Assembly (NCBI RefSeq): GCF_009914755.1 | Contig: NC_060930.1 | Length of the DNA stretch: 64,000 nt | Origin: the human T2T-CHM13v2.0 reference genome, Homo sapiens | Direction: 5' to 3' (one strand) | Part shown: piece after piece, positions 62,518 through 64,000 of the stretch | Layout of the letters: each line of letters starts with the position of its first letter | Numbering within the stretch: the first letter of the stretch is position 1 | Program-made: the position numbers and the translations under genes | The notes under the pieces: generated by a model | The model's database searches: none | What the model saw: only the letters and a program-made list of their open reading frames with translations | Told to the model about the DNA's origin: nothing

Positions 62518-64000
62518 TATATACATAAATTCGGGGTGTTTTACACCAATGGAATCATATGCCCAGTTTTATAATCTGATTTTAATTTTTACTCAGAATG
62601 TGGATATCAGTCCAAATCAATAAATATAGACAATAATTGACTTAGTTCAGCAGAGAAACTGGAATCTCACACTAAGGGTGAGGAAGGCGGGAGACAGGAG
62701 CATTCAGGGAGGGGCAACTCACACCTTAGAGACCAGGAAAGACTCAGGTGTTTCTAAGCCAGGGGAGCCAGTGGGGCTGAACACAAGAGAATCGTGCAAG
62801 CTTTAAGAGGAGCATCCAGATCCCCAGATCTCCGGTTCCTCCAGGCAGCCCCAGGGGTCTGGGAGGCTGGGTGGGAAGGAGATCTAAGTGCTCCCTCCAT
62901 GACCTGCTGCTCGACTCCCACCTTCCTTCCACCCTCAGAATTTCTCTGTGGGCCTCATTGTGACTCCGCTCCCCTCCTTCCCACCCAGGGGAAGCCATCT
63001 CCACATGATGGACTTTATCTGTGTGCCTCATCATGTCTCCACTCACCTCTTTCCCATGCAGGGAAAGCAGGCTCCGCACAGTGGGCTTTCTCTGGGCTCC
63101 TCTTCTTGTCTCACAGTCTCCTCCTCTGTGGCTTATGCTCTCAGGTTCCTGGTGCATTTATCAAACCAGCGCTCCGGGTCCTGCTCACTCTCCTCTGGCT
63201 GCCAGTGTGCAGCTCCCTGCCTCCCAGTGTTCTTAAGTTCAGCAGTTATAATTTTCATCTCCAATGATTCCTTTTTGCAGGATGCTCCTTTTTCATGACT
63301 AATTGCTCTCATTTTGTCAATGCAGCAGACTCTTGTGTCTCACTGAAAGCATGAATTCAGGTTTTTAGTTACTTCTTGTTTCTTGTGTACTGTTGTGCAT
63401 GGAATCATTTTCTCCAGTTCTGCTCTTCTGAAGAATTGTGCTGAGCCCTGCTGCCCTGCCTGGCCAGCATCTTCTCTTCATATCTGTAGATGGACAGAGT
63501 TGTTCGGTGTAGCAGGTGCCCTGCGTTCTGTCATGGGAGACACAGTGCCTTGTTCAATTCTTTCACTTCCCAGTTACTGTATTTTTTCTGGTTGGTGGGG
63601 CTCAGGGGGAGATATCCAAGGGTTCAGGAGCTCTGGCCACTTTTCCTTGTGAGAGTTTGATGGGGCTGAACAAGACAGTTAGGGAAGGAGGTAAGCCCTC
63701 CCTTCAGGTGCTCAGCCCCTCTGACCTCTGTACTGTCTGCCCCGTGGCCTCCAGTCCCTCAACACACACCTGCACCCAGGACCAAGCTTCCTCGGCCCTA
63801 CTGTGCGCAGCTGGACCCATGGGCTCCTGCACAACTGGACCCCAGAATCCTCCCTGCAGCCTTCCTCTGCCTTCCAGCCGACGCAGGAGCTGTTAGTGAA
63901 GGGGAACAGAAAAATGGATCCATAAATCCTTGCTTACCTCCCTCGCAGGCTCTCTTGCCTGGGACAGATGACATGGCTCCTGCCTGCTCTGCTCTCTGTC

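Noticed and set aside
62744-63896. Several 110-160-aa ORFs near the window end
   Set aside because: No recognisable homology and no OCT3 exon-2 sequence; probably degenerate old repeat DNA.

Overview
This is primate, almost certainly human, genomic DNA from the organic cation transporter cluster (6q25.3 in human). The only supportable coding sequence is exon 1 of SLC22A3/OCT3 (ATG 26617, 143 codons, phase-0 donor GAG|GTAAGG at 27045/27046), set in a ~1.9 kb promoter CpG island. About 26.5 kb of upstream intergenic DNA precedes it and about 37 kb of intron 1 follows; exon 2 is not in the window. The rest is interspersed repeats (Alu, L1, L2, MIR, MaLR/ERV LTRs, DNA transposons), a few minisatellites and a second CpG island in intron 1 (~40.8-41.6 kb). 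There are no CRISPR arrays, rRNA or tRNA genes or other convincing genes; the other ORFs in the track come from repeats or GC content. I cannot show a new biological system from sequence alone. The best leads are regulatory: (1) a canonical G-quadruplex motif in the short 5'UTR whose first G-tract covers c.-29, which I recall as the site of a common expression-raising variant; (2) an intronic CpG island with an ATG ORF ending at a strong donor in the same phase as exon 1; (3) an internally deleted but end-complete L1PA7-like element whose antisense promoter and donor point in the SLC22A3 sense direction; (4) an antisense THE1C with a DUX4-type site kept only in its 5' LTR; (5) an upstream minisatellite that forms an E-box array. 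Repeat subfamily names and the boundaries of old repeats were judged by eye and are approximate.
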